Counted from the first letter of the stretch, positions 27,437 to 37,051 are shown. The stretch: 64,000 nt of DNA from Oligoflexales bacterium (GCA_045105515.1 JBGCDR010000064.1:1460-65459), one strand, 5' to 3'. Numbers and translations: made by a program. Notes: generated from the letters alone by a model not told the origin.

Positions 27437-29074
27437 ATGCAGCACGAAATTTTACTAATATTTAGCTTAATCATGTTTAGTCTGGTACTTCTTCTTTACA
27501 TTTGGAAGCTGCATTCAGCACCAAAAGAGGGAAAAACTGGATCTGCTGAGTTAATCGCACAGATAAAAGGCTTAGAAACCAAGATCAGTATTTTAGATCC
27601 TGAACGCCTTCAGTTAAAAAATGAACTAGACTCACAAAAATCAGAATACACAACTTTGTATGGAGAATATGAAAAAATTAACCAAGCAAACCTTGGTTTA
27701 ACGGACAAAAACAATGAACTAATCAAAGAGGTACAAGAAAAAGAAGAAAATATTTCTCAGCTGCAAAACGCAAATAAAGAACTAGATAATATCACAAATT
27801 CACTTAAACGCGATCTCGACAAACTAGAGCAAAAACTTATCTATTCTGAAAATGAACTTGCAGAAAAAACTGCCTCAGTATCTGTGTACAAAGACAAACA
27901 AGAAACCGATCAAAACGAAATTCAGAACTTAAAGTTGAAAAACATGGAGCTTACCGAAAATAATAAAAACTTGCATAATCAAATAGAAAGTCTTGGATCC
28001 CAATTCAATGAATTTAAAGAAGAATCTAAAAACCTCAGAGAGACATTTAGCAAAGAATTCAGAGTCGTTGCTGGCGAAGTCTTGCAATCAAATTCAAAGC
28101 AGTTCAATGAGAAATCGACACAAGATTTAGAAAATTTGTTGCAACCTTTAAAAAGCAAGCTAACCGATTTTAGTAAGTCAGTATCAGAGACCTATGAAAA
28201 AGGACTTGCTGAACGTTCAGAAATAAAAACCCAGATTTCAAGTATGCTTGAATTAAATAAAAAACTTTCTAGCGGTGCTGAGAAACTAACAAACGCATTA
28301 AGAGCTGAAGTCAAAACCCAAGGAAATTGGGGCGAGCAAGTTCTAAAAAGGATATTAGAAGCCTCTGGACTTAGGGAAGGCCATGAATACTCCGAGCAAG
28401 GAAAAGGCTTAGACCTTAGGGATTCAGAAGGAAATAATTTAAAGCCAGATTACATCATCAAGCTACCAGATCAAAAGCACATCATTATCGATTCTAAGGT
28501 CTCCATCAAATCCTTTGAACAGTATGTTAATGCTGAAGACGAGCTGACTAAGCAAGCTCATTTAAAAGAGTATCAAACCTCCCTTAAAAACCATGTTAAG
28601 GGCTTGAGCAGTAAAAATTATGAGGGACTAGAGGGAGCTAGTTCTCCAGATTTTGTTTTTATGTTTGTTCCTACGGATGCCGCATTTTACACTATCAGCG
28701 AGAAATTCGATGACTTTATTGCTGATGCATGGGCAAAGAAGGTAGCAATTATCTCGCCTTCTTTGCTGTTTCCTTCACTTAAAACAGTCTCATCACTTTG
28801 GAATATGGAAAGGCAGAATCGCTTTGCTAAGGACATTGCAAAACAAGGAGGCAAGATTTATGACAAGTTTCGTTTATTTGTAGAAAGCCTAGATGATCTT
28901 GGGAAAAAACTTGGTTCAGCACAAACAAGTTATGAGGAGGCTGTAAAGAGGCTACGTACTGGCAAAGATAATTTTTCATCCAATGTTATCAAATTGAAAG
29001 ACATGGGTGTAACAGTAAAGAAAAGCCTTCCAGAGGAGCATGTGGAGATTGCGATGGTTGAAAGAAATTCTTAA
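27437..29074 (+). CDS. rmuC: DNA recombination protein RmuC
   Basis: N-terminal TM helix and a long coiled coil. The C-terminal RmuC nuclease-like core includes GNWGEQVLKRILEASGL, PDYIIKLPDQKHIIIDSKVS, FVFMFVPTDAAF. Track start GTG 27374 trimmed to ATG 27437 after GAGGAG. Confidence 0.85.
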   Translation: MQHEILLIFSLIMFSLVLLLYIWKLHSAPKEGKTGSAELIAQIKGLETKISILDPERLQLKNELDSQKSEYTTLYGEYEKINQANLGLTDKNNELIKEVQEKEENISQLQNANKELDNITNSLKRDLDKLEQKLIYSENELAEKTASVSVYKDKQETDQNEIQNLKLKNMELTENNKNLHNQIESLGSQFNEFKEESKNLRETFSKEFRVVAGEVLQSNSKQFNEKSTQDLENLLQPLKSKLTDFSKSVSETYEKGLAERSEIKTQISSMLELNKKLSSGAEKLTNALRAEVKTQGNWGEQVLKRILEASGLREGHEYSEQGKGLDLRDSEGNNLKPDYIIKLPDQKHIIIDSKVSIKSFEQYVNAEDELTKQAHLKEYQTSLKNHVKGLSSKNYEGLEGASSPDFVFMFVPTDAAFYTISEKFDDFIADAWAKKVAIISPSLLFPSLKTVSSLWNMERQNRFAKDIAKQGGKIYDKFRLFVESLDDLGKKLGSAQTSYEEAVKRLRTGKDNFSSNVIKLKDMGVTVKKSLPEEHVEIAMVERNS

Positions 29075-29288
29075 AGTACTTTTGATAGCTGCCAAGTGTA
29101 ACCCAGTATTTAAGGCAGGCAGCCAATTAAGCGAAGCTGTAGAACAAAGAAGAAATAGATGAGGAGTCATTAAATAGCCTAAACTCTAGACATTCATTCC
29201 CTCGACAAACAAATGTCCCTCGCAAATATCGTTGCATTAATGAAAATTTCATTGCTGATAATAGCAATATGCTTGAAAGGAGCATGAC

Positions 29289-29477
29289 ATGAGCAAGTTC
29301 CGAGTAGATTGGGTCAATGATAGCCGGGAAGATTACGCGAGTGAAGATGAATGGATCGATGCTTATCCCGACAACCCCTGCCCAAATTGCGGGCATCCAT
29401 CGGCAGGAGAGGATTGCACCGAACGATTAGGCCTTACGGTCGCCTTAAACATCGGACCTGTGAACCTGCTTATTTAG
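29289..29477 (+). CDS. hypothetical small acidic protein (62 aa) with a CPNCGH motif
   Basis: GAAAGGAG RBS lies 6 nt before the ATG. The competing antisense ORF 29127-29396 has no RBS. Confidence 0.3.
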   Translation: MSKFRVDWVNDSREDYASEDEWIDAYPDNPCPNCGHPSAGEDCTERLGLTVALNIGPVNLLI

Positions 29478-29678
29478 GTTCCATTTTTTAAGTGATTAAA
29501 AAAATTAACGTAATTACAGATTCCAGGTTCAAATATGGTGGAGGCGGTTTGCAAGTCCTAACTAGCTAAAATAATATCGATCAAAAAAGGATTTTTCTAC
29601 AGTTACCTACAACTAATTAAATTGGTAAAATTACGAAGACGCAGAAATATCAATATCTAACGAAAGTCTGGAGATCAC

Positions 29679-30296
29679 ATGCACGAATTTTTACTTGTGG
29701 ATCCCAAAAAATCTGAGGACTTGTATAAGTTTGTATATCCCATCTGGAGCCTAGTCGCTGCTAAATACGATATTAAGAAATATCGAGAAGATATCTATAA
29801 TGACCTAAAAAATAAGTTTAGTGCTGGTATGCTAACCGAGGAACTAATTGAAGTGGCTGTCAGATGGAAGTATGGCAAACTAGATCACAACAGAATTCCT
29901 GCACAACATGAGGCAATAATTGAAAATTTTTGTAAAATTCTGGATAAGAAAGATCTTCACAAAAAAAGTGTTAGGAATTTAATTGATGTCTTTGATAGTA
30001 TCTTCTCCGATGCTTACGTGACCAAAATATTTTTTGCGCATCTTTTTAAGCCAAGTGAAATTCCAATAATTGATATACACAACTATGCCTCGTTAAGGTA
30101 TTTTGGGGTAAATTACTGTGATCCGGACAAATTCAAAATCACAAACAAGAGTGTTAGTCGTACAAAAAATTCTATCCTCGCTCAATCACAGCTTTTGAAA
30201 ATGATGATTGATGATCTTTCGTTTCTCCTTAAAGAAAATACTTATGAATGTGACAAATTCTTAATGATGTTTGGCAAACACTTAGCACCAAAATGA
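29679..30296 (+). CDS. hypothetical protein (205 aa)
   Basis: TGGAG RBS. No domain recognised. Confidence 0.5.
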   Translation: MHEFLLVDPKKSEDLYKFVYPIWSLVAAKYDIKKYREDIYNDLKNKFSAGMLTEELIEVAVRWKYGKLDHNRIPAQHEAIIENFCKILDKKDLHKKSVRNLIDVFDSIFSDAYVTKIFFAHLFKPSEIPIIDIHNYASLRYFGVNYCDPDKFKITNKSVSRTKNSILAQSQLLKMMIDDLSFLLKENTYECDKFLMMFGKHLAPK

Positions 30297-30412
30297 CATG
30301 TTTATAATAATCTAAATTCGACACTGGATGAACTAAACGACTTACTCAAAAGATTGCCAGAGTGTAAATTAAGAGTTATTTTGGTAGTTTCCAAGTCAAT
30401 GGCGGAAGAATT

Positions 30413-31192
30413 ATGACTGAAGATGAAACTAACTCAAAACATTTAAACCATCTAATCGATAGTGGGTCTGACATTGTAGGATCTATTGCTGGCGCTGCTA
30501 TTGGGCTACTTGGAGGTCCGGCAGGGGCTCTAGTGGGAGCGGCAACCGGACCGATATTAACACGAGGCTTAAAGAAACTAGGCAAGGAATTTAAGGATCG
30601 CCACCTGACATCCAGACAAGAGACCAGAGTCGGAGCAGTCCTAGCAGCGGCTATAAGTCGGATGAGCCAGCTGCATAATTCTGGGAACAAAATTAGAAAT
30701 GATAGTTTTTTCTCAGATGATTTGTGTGAATTCAACGAGGTGGCAGAGGGTGTAATGTTGAGTGCGCAAGCTGAGTTTGAAGAAAAGAAGGTTACTTTCT
30801 TGGGTAACTTGCTGGCCGGGATAGCATACTCCCCAAGCATCAATAGAGAATATGCGAACTTTTTAAACAAGCTGGCCTCGGAGTTAACATATAGACAATT
30901 AATACTTTTAAATATTTTTTCAGATTCGAGCAGCTATGCATTAAAATCTAACTCCTACGTCGGCCCAGATGGTAAAACTAATATCGCTGCAAATCTCACC
31001 GGAGTACTAACTGAGATCAAGGATCTGGAGTCCCGATCACTAATCAATTGTGGTTCTGTTCTTTTTGCAATTCCCCAGATTGTTCCCTCATCATTTTATG
31101 TTGAAGGAGCAGGGAAGACTCTGGCTGAGTTAATGAAGTTGAAAGACTTACCTAAAGATGGAGTTCAAAACGTTGTCGAAATATTGAAATAA
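30413..31192 (+). CDS. hypothetical protein with an N-terminal glycine-zipper segment
   Basis: GSIAGAAIGLLGGPAGALVGAATGPIL is a GxxxG-type glycine zipper. The remainder is helical. The antisense ORF 30376-30870 is judged spurious. Confidence 0.5.
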   Translation: MTEDETNSKHLNHLIDSGSDIVGSIAGAAIGLLGGPAGALVGAATGPILTRGLKKLGKEFKDRHLTSRQETRVGAVLAAAISRMSQLHNSGNKIRNDSFFSDDLCEFNEVAEGVMLSAQAEFEEKKVTFLGNLLAGIAYSPSINREYANFLNKLASELTYRQLILLNIFSDSSSYALKSNSYVGPDGKTNIAANLTGVLTEIKDLESRSLINCGSVLFAIPQIVPSSFYVEGAGKTLAELMKLKDLPKDGVQNVVEILK

Positions 31193-31456
31193 ACTTATTA
31201 GAAATTTTAAAAATCTAAGTTGCAAAAAGTTCTTTTGAAGCCAATCTCATTTTTGGAATCTATAAAGCTACAAATATCTACCAAAACCGGTCCTCATCTC
31301 CAAGAAGTAAAAAGTTTAGTTGCGGGCTCCTGAAGCCGGAATCATATTCACCAGGGTCGCAATATTCTACTATTCCATAGTCCATAAGTAGGCCCACTTT
31401 TACTTTTAAAAGGTCACGCTTCGAGACTGTGAAAGTGTGCTCCTCCAAAATGCTAG

Positions 31457-32383
31457 TCAAGCTGCTACTGGTAACTGATAAAGCCCATTGCATGCTTTTT
31501 TCCATTTTAGATCACTGTCATTTCGCACATGTACAATTTCTTGATCCGCGTATTTGCATCCAGGTTTCACGACACCAATTCCAGAATGTACCCTATCCCA
31601 GCTGTAATATTCTTTAAATTGATCAAGCTTTCTCTCTAAATCTAATTTGGTCCATAACAGTGTCTTGTCAAGAAATTCCCTACGAGTAGTTCCAAATACT
31701 CTTTCAACAAAAGGATTAGCAATTGGTGTATACGGAGGTCCAAACATCTGCTCAATACCAACCATTTCCAGATTTCGTGTCCATTGCTCAAACTTGCACA
31801 GCGGATCGCGATCTCGACTGATTCTTTTTGGAACCAGTCCAACCTCAGCCATAATTTTATTAAACATTTAACACAAATTATGGCCTTTAACTGAGCACCC
31901 AAAGTGAACAGAATAACCAATTATTTTTCGCGAATATACGTCTCTTACGGCAAGGACCCAATAAGTATTCAGATGAATTGAATCAATTCGAAAAAGGTCG
32001 ATTGACCACAGGCTATCCCTGGAATAAGACAGGAAGGTCAACCATGATGGACCTGATTTTTCGGGGTCGTCAGTAAGGTTATTCTTCTTCAATATTCTTC
32101 TAACCTTCTGCTCACTTATCTCAATGCTAAGCGGATCATTAATCGTTTGAGCTATACGAAGGTAGCCAAAGTCAGGGTTCTTTTGTCTTAGTTCAATAAC
32201 AAGCTTCTGAATATTCTTGCCATAACCCTTTCTACCCAGCTTTTTCTTCTTGTTCGAGCATAGCTTCGCATATTTTTTCTTTACAATAATTCGATGACAT
32301 TTCAACATAGTAGCAGGGCTAACAAGAACACATACTTTTTCAAGCCTTCTCTTTGAATATATGAAAAATCGAGACCATCCCAA
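31457..32383 (-). pseudogene. rve (integrase core, DDE) transposase interrupted by an in-frame TAA
   Basis: ORFs 31868-32383 and 31457-31867 are in the same frame, separated only by stop TAA (31868-31870). The N-terminal part has KNPDFGYLRIAQTI (HTH region) and WSIDLFRID...YWVLAVRDVYSRKIIGYSVH (first D). The C-terminal part has SRDRDPLCKF...PPYTPIANPFVERVFGTTRREF (D...E region). Confidence 0.75.
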
Positions 32384-32974
32384 AATAATTCTATGCCTTT
32401 GTCAAGGTTGGGCTCCGAGATTTTTGCCTTTCATAGCAATCAGCTGATTTCGAAGGACCGGGTTTTCAGGTGCGAGTTCACGAGACCCATTTTTCGTCAA
32501 AAAACGAAGTAGGTTCTTTAAAAGGTTTAATATTTCACAAATAAATATCCACATAGTTGGAAAGTTAGGGCTGCGAAGCAAATTGTCAAGACCTAAAAAT
32601 ATCAGCTACTTAGATATTTGACTGCAATTTTGAGGGGGGACAGGCTGGTCGTAGTAAAAAATCTTTCTAGGACATTCTAGTGCCATCTTGAATTTAGACT
32701 TCGTTAAATACTTTTTCTTGGTCACATGAACATCGGCAAATTCTGATCTGTGTGTTTCAAGGTGTATCGGCTGAACTAATGAATCGGATTAGATATTTTG
32801 CAAATGATTAACATTTAACATTCTGAGATGAGTTTCAAACATCTCGATATTTGTCATTTCTAAAACAGTGTAAATGTAGAATCCTGACTAATAAACCCTC
32901 CCTGATAGCTAAAGATTAGGCACTTTTTGCCGACGGAAAACTAAAGTATGCAAGTTCTAGCTAGAGGATTGGCA

Positions 32975-33195
32975 ATGAGGATGACCATTGACGAAATAGC
33001 AAAGTATTTAAGTGTTTCAAAAGAAGCCATTTATAGGCTTGCTCAAAAGTCAGAGTTGCCTGGTTAGAAATTAGCACTCAGTGGAGATTCAATCGAGATG
33101 CTGTAGATGATTGGCTGTTAAAGAACGCCAACTGCCATGTTGATCTAAAGTCTGCGAGGAAAATTATGAATAAGACAAAGACTGGAGAGACTTAA
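32975..33195 (+). pseudogene. excisionase/MerR-type small HTH gene with a frameshift
   Basis: Frame A reads MRMTIDEIAKYLSVSKEAIYRLAQKSELPG, then TAG at 33065-33067. The expected continuation ...EISTQWRFNRDAVDDWLLKN is in the +2 frame (TGG at 33082) and ends at TAA 33193-33195. This is consistent with a 1-nt indel near 33062-33066 or a sequencing error. Confidence 0.55.
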
Positions 33196-33196
33196 A

Positions 33197-34921
33197 ATGG
33201 GTGAAGCAATTCTGAAATTCAAACCAAGAGAAAGCCTTACTGAATTTACCAAGACGAAAGGAAAAGTGAGCTTATTACGAAGAACAGGTGGAAAAAAGAG
33301 TGGACAAAATATGGCAATCCATGGTGAAAACCTTGCTTCTTTAGCTGCGCTAGTTGCTGGATCTGGAACATCTAAGCGAGCTTTGGAAGTAGATGTAATT
33401 TATATTGATCCCCCATATAATGTTGGAGGTAATCAAGGTTACAGAAACACCTGGAAAGGAGAATCAGAAAAGGAAAGAGACTGGGCTGGTGACCACGGAG
33501 CTTTCCTCGATTTTATGGAGCCAAGACTTAAAATCGGGCGGCAGTTATTAGCTGAGGATGGGGTCTTTTTTATCTCAATTTGTGATGGAGAATACTGTAG
33601 GCTCAAGATTCTCATGGACCAAATCTTTGGTGAAGCTAACTGTATTGGAACACTTATTTGGAACAAAAATCAAGGTCCAAGTGGACAACATATATCAGTA
33701 ATTCACGAATATATTCTGGTTTATGCAAAAAATAAAAATAAAACATCAAAATTAACTACAACTAAAGGGGGGGCTCAAAAGATTCTAGACAAAGCCCTAG
33801 AGTATAAAGACTCTGGAATGAATCATGAATCTGCTCAGAAAGGGTTCGCAAAATGGGTATCTAGTTGTCGTAAAGATGCAAACATAAGTTCAGGCGAATC
33901 ATTTTTTAAATACCTTCATCCAGTAACCTTTCGTCCCTTCAAAGCTGAATCAACATGCGCTCAAGATAAACCAGAAACTAGGTGCCATGACCCCCTAATA
34001 CATCCTGTTACAAAAAAACCTTCTAAAGTCCCTAAAAATGGGTGGAAATGGAAAAAGGAAACACTTAATAAAATGATTGGTAGTGAACCTGAAATAATTG
34101 GAGAAGGATTTGTTATCAAAGGAAAATTCCTATTTGGTGTTGATGAGGAAACAGTTCCTCGACAAATTTACTATTTGGATGAAAAAATGTCTCATGCTAT
34201 GCCATCTGTATTAGAACTATACTGTGTAGGACACAAAGATTTGCCTCCAGGGATTTCATTCACGACGCCAAAGCCAGTAAATCTGGTTAAAGAATTAATA
34301 AAGTCAATAGAGAAAAAAAATCTAGTAGTCCTAGACTATTTTGCAGGTTCTGGGGCAACTGCTCAAGCTGTACATGAACTAAATGATTTAGATGGCGGTT
34401 CTAGATCTTGGATATTGATAGAGGAAATGGGATCTACATTTCACAATGTTTTGATACCTCGGATTGAATATATTGATGAGAAGAGGAATTTCTCCACCTT
34501 TGACCTCAAGACGGCAAATGTAGGCGATAAGAGTCTTATTAAGATGTTCAATGACTATTCTTTCGATTTTTTATCTGCTTATCATCAAATATCAGACAAA
34601 GCCTCAGTTATAGTAGAAGGATTAAACGTTATTGGCTTAGAAGAGCGTTCAGAAAAAATAGTTGCGATGACAATTCCTACTCTAAGGAAACATGAAGATT
34701 CTTTTATAGAAGAACTTGCAACATTAAAGGATTCTATCAAAAAAACAAAAGCTAAATCTGCAGTAATCTATACAATCAGAAACGATGGTTACGAAGAACC
34801 ATGGGTAGGTTTAGATAAGTCTCTTCTCTCTGGGACTACCTGCAAAAGTTTTGACGTTGTAGAAATTCCTGAGCAGCTTGTGCAAGAGTGGAATGAAGTC
34901 CTAACTCACATGGCAGCCTAG
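33197..34921 (+). CDS. mod: Type III-like DNA methyltransferase (Mod; N6/N4 beta-class)
   Basis: VIYIDPPYNVGG (motif IV DPPY) lies upstream of DYFAGSGATAQAV (motif I FxGxG). HGAFLDFMEPRLKIGRQLLAEDGVFFISICDGE and FGEANCIGTLIW are typical of Mod-type enzymes. Confidence 0.8.
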   Translation: MGEAILKFKPRESLTEFTKTKGKVSLLRRTGGKKSGQNMAIHGENLASLAALVAGSGTSKRALEVDVIYIDPPYNVGGNQGYRNTWKGESEKERDWAGDHGAFLDFMEPRLKIGRQLLAEDGVFFISICDGEYCRLKILMDQIFGEANCIGTLIWNKNQGPSGQHISVIHEYILVYAKNKNKTSKLTTTKGGAQKILDKALEYKDSGMNHESAQKGFAKWVSSCRKDANISSGESFFKYLHPVTFRPFKAESTCAQDKPETRCHDPLIHPVTKKPSKVPKNGWKWKKETLNKMIGSEPEIIGEGFVIKGKFLFGVDEETVPRQIYYLDEKMSHAMPSVLELYCVGHKDLPPGISFTTPKPVNLVKELIKSIEKKNLVVLDYFAGSGATAQAVHELNDLDGGSRSWILIEEMGSTFHNVLIPRIEYIDEKRNFSTFDLKTANVGDKSLIKMFNDYSFDFLSAYHQISDKASVIVEGLNVIGLEERSEKIVAMTIPTLRKHEDSFIEELATLKDSIKKTKAKSAVIYTIRNDGYEEPWVGLDKSLLSGTTCKSFDVVEIPEQLVQEWNEVLTHMAA

Positions 34922-34930
34922 GGGGGTCAA

Positions 34931-36958
34931 ATGTCACTGTATGCCAAATTACGAGAGTATCAGAAACAAGTCGTCGATAAAAATTTGGAACTGATTGAAA
35001 AAGTTCTCAGCCAAGAGGTTAAAATTGCTGGCAGACAGGTCACAATTGCTCCTACTGGCTCGGGTAAAACGTTTATGATGGCTTCCATAATTGAAGCTGG
35101 TTTAAAACTTCCATCTGAACCAAATTTTGTGTGGCTTACACATAATAAGCAGATTCTACTTCAAACGGAAGGTGAGATTATCGAAAATATTGGTAAATCT
35201 GTAACGACAGTCTATAACATCGAGCAAGGAATTCAGTCATTTGGCGGACGTGTTTTACTGTTTAACGTACAGAAAGGGGTTTCCTCAAAGGCTAAAACAT
35301 GGCTTAAAAAGTGGACATTGTTTCAAAAGGATTTCCATAGACCTCTCATTTTTATTATTGATGAAGCAGATGAAGGAATGTCTGGATCAAATATGAAAGC
35401 GATCCGAGAGGTTATGAATCCTAAGTTGGAATTAGGGTTTACTGCTAGTTTTAAGAAAAAAGAAAATGAGTTTGAGTTCCATAAAGTATCTTATAAGGAA
35501 GTAGTGGATGCAGAAATGCTTGTATCTCAAGTAGAATACCAAGCCTCAGAGGAAGTCACTCGTTTAGAAATGACTCAAAGAGCTATTGCCCAACGTGCGT
35601 TTCTTGAAGATATTGCAGGTACTATGGGAATGGTAGATCAAGAGAGATTTTTTATTCCAAAAATGATTATACAAGCGCCTGCAAAAGACTGCGCAGGAGT
35701 AGCAAGGGAACTTCGTGATCTACTTTCCCTTAACGATGAAGAATTTCATAAACAAATAGTGGTTCATACTCAAAACTCCAGAGGCCTAGAAGCCATTGAA
35801 AGCATGAAGGATGTGAGATTCATTATTGGGGACCTCATGTTGGAAAGAGGGTGGAATTGTCCTGAAGCTTACATCCTCCTTTCAACAAAGCAAACAATAA
35901 GTAAAGCAAAAGGAATCCAGCTTTTGGGGCGCGTAATAAGAATGCCAAAAGCAATGCGATTTGATGAAGAATTTGATTTTTTTAATCGTGGGTATGTCTA
36001 CATTGCAGGTCAGCATTCGATAGAAGAGTCATGTAAAGATTTTGGTGATGAACTTCCGGTCTTACCTCCACCCAAAGAAGTTATGCAGGTTGAAAAGCAA
36101 GAGACCCCAGTCCCTGATATAATCACATTTAGAGATCAACTTGATAAAGATGTTGAAGATAGGGACCTTATTCCAATAGGGAGACGTATTTGTGAGGTGC
36201 TTGAAAAATTTGCAAAGAAGTGTCAGGATTCAATCCCTTCGATTCGGACAGGGGCTCTAAATTTACAAGAGGGGGTTGTTACCTTAAATGCAACTGAGCA
36301 AATTGAATCGGATTGGAATTTTGAAGTTGCGAAAAGAACACTTATCAGTGCTCTGTGTAAGCATATACCAAAAAATTACGCAAATGTTGTCATTACGATG
36401 TATCAAATGAGACTAGCAAATAGTCGCGGAATTAATGGGATAGCTCCTTTTGTAAAAGAAATGGGTAAGCTTATAAAAGAATCCAAAATACTGAGGGATA
36501 TTTCAAAACAGCTTGATTTTGTATACCAACCTTATAAATGGCCTCCACACAAACTTGTTGTTACACAACCTAACCCCTACAATTACTCACGAGCGTTATA
36601 TCAAAGAATGCATTTGAATACCGAGGAAGCCGGTTTTTGCTCACAACTCAACAAATACTGTGAAGAATTACAAATTTTTTGGGTACGTAATGACCCTTCT
36701 GATGTGAAATTATTTAAAGGTCATGCGCCCGACTTCATTGCATTTACAACCAACCAATATGCATTTCTTGAATTTAAAGGGATACATCTCTTAGACAATC
36801 AAAATTCGAAATGGAAAAACTCTGCAGGAGAGGCAGCAGCTGGGTATTTTATGATTTACTTTGAAAGTGATACGGGAAAGTATTTCATTAGGGGAGTAGA
36901 TGGTGCGGCGGATGAAGAATTTTCTATACTTCACTTAAAAGTAAGCCTACGTATATAA
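34931..36958 (+). CDS. res: Type III-like restriction subunit (Res): SF2 helicase + C-terminal PD-(D/E)xK nuclease
   Basis: YQKQVV... then APTGSGKTF (motif I) and IIDEADEG (motif II DEAD-like). ERGWNCPEAYILL and LLGRVIRMP are late helicase motifs. C-terminal APDFIAFTTNQYAFLEFKG fits D...E-x-K. At 675 aa it is shorter than the Res proteins I recall. Confidence 0.7.
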   Translation: MSLYAKLREYQKQVVDKNLELIEKVLSQEVKIAGRQVTIAPTGSGKTFMMASIIEAGLKLPSEPNFVWLTHNKQILLQTEGEIIENIGKSVTTVYNIEQGIQSFGGRVLLFNVQKGVSSKAKTWLKKWTLFQKDFHRPLIFIIDEADEGMSGSNMKAIREVMNPKLELGFTASFKKKENEFEFHKVSYKEVVDAEMLVSQVEYQASEEVTRLEMTQRAIAQRAFLEDIAGTMGMVDQERFFIPKMIIQAPAKDCAGVARELRDLLSLNDEEFHKQIVVHTQNSRGLEAIESMKDVRFIIGDLMLERGWNCPEAYILLSTKQTISKAKGIQLLGRVIRMPKAMRFDEEFDFFNRGYVYIAGQHSIEESCKDFGDELPVLPPPKEVMQVEKQETPVPDIITFRDQLDKDVEDRDLIPIGRRICEVLEKFAKKCQDSIPSIRTGALNLQEGVVTLNATEQIESDWNFEVAKRTLISALCKHIPKNYANVVITMYQMRLANSRGINGIAPFVKEMGKLIKESKILRDISKQLDFVYQPYKWPPHKLVVTQPNPYNYSRALYQRMHLNTEEAGFCSQLNKYCEELQIFWVRNDPSDVKLFKGHAPDFIAFTTNQYAFLEFKGIHLLDNQNSKWKNSAGEAAAGYFMIYFESDTGKYFIRGVDGAADEEFSILHLKVSLRI

Positions 36959-37051
36959 ATTAGGATGCTTTTTGCATCTTAGCTTTGATAGTCGAGTTCA
37001 TATTAGGTCAATAAAATTTCATAAAAGCACATTTTTGCTTATATAAGATAC

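Noticed and set aside
29526-29534. GGTTCAAAT, a T-loop-like string suggesting a tRNA.
   Set aside because: The flanking sequence cannot form a T-stem (no CC after the loop) or an acceptor stem. It is an isolated 9-mer.
29615-29627. AATTAAATTGGTA resembles the AATTAAATGGTA junction at the tRNA fragment (37333-37344), suggesting a possible third att copy marking the left end of the decayed island.
   Set aside because: Only about 12 AT-rich nucleotides match, with an indel, and none of the GC-rich tRNA core (GGGAACGCGGGAATCGAACC) is present. This is indistinguishable from chance without a genome-wide test.
30376-30870. 164-aa minus-strand ORF antisense to the glycine-zipper gene.
   Set aside because: It is a shadow of the Gly/Ala-rich (GC-rich codon) segment of the plus-strand gene. 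The plus-strand ORF is longer and has a proper ATG and RBS.
31278-31505. 75-aa minus-strand ORF downstream of the transposase pseudogene. Also the ORFs 31429-31617, 31642-31920 and 31647-31871 overlapping that pseudogene.
   Set aside because: There is no RBS or domain, and they overlap the transposase C-terminus or are out of frame with it. They are probably chance ORFs in decaying DNA.
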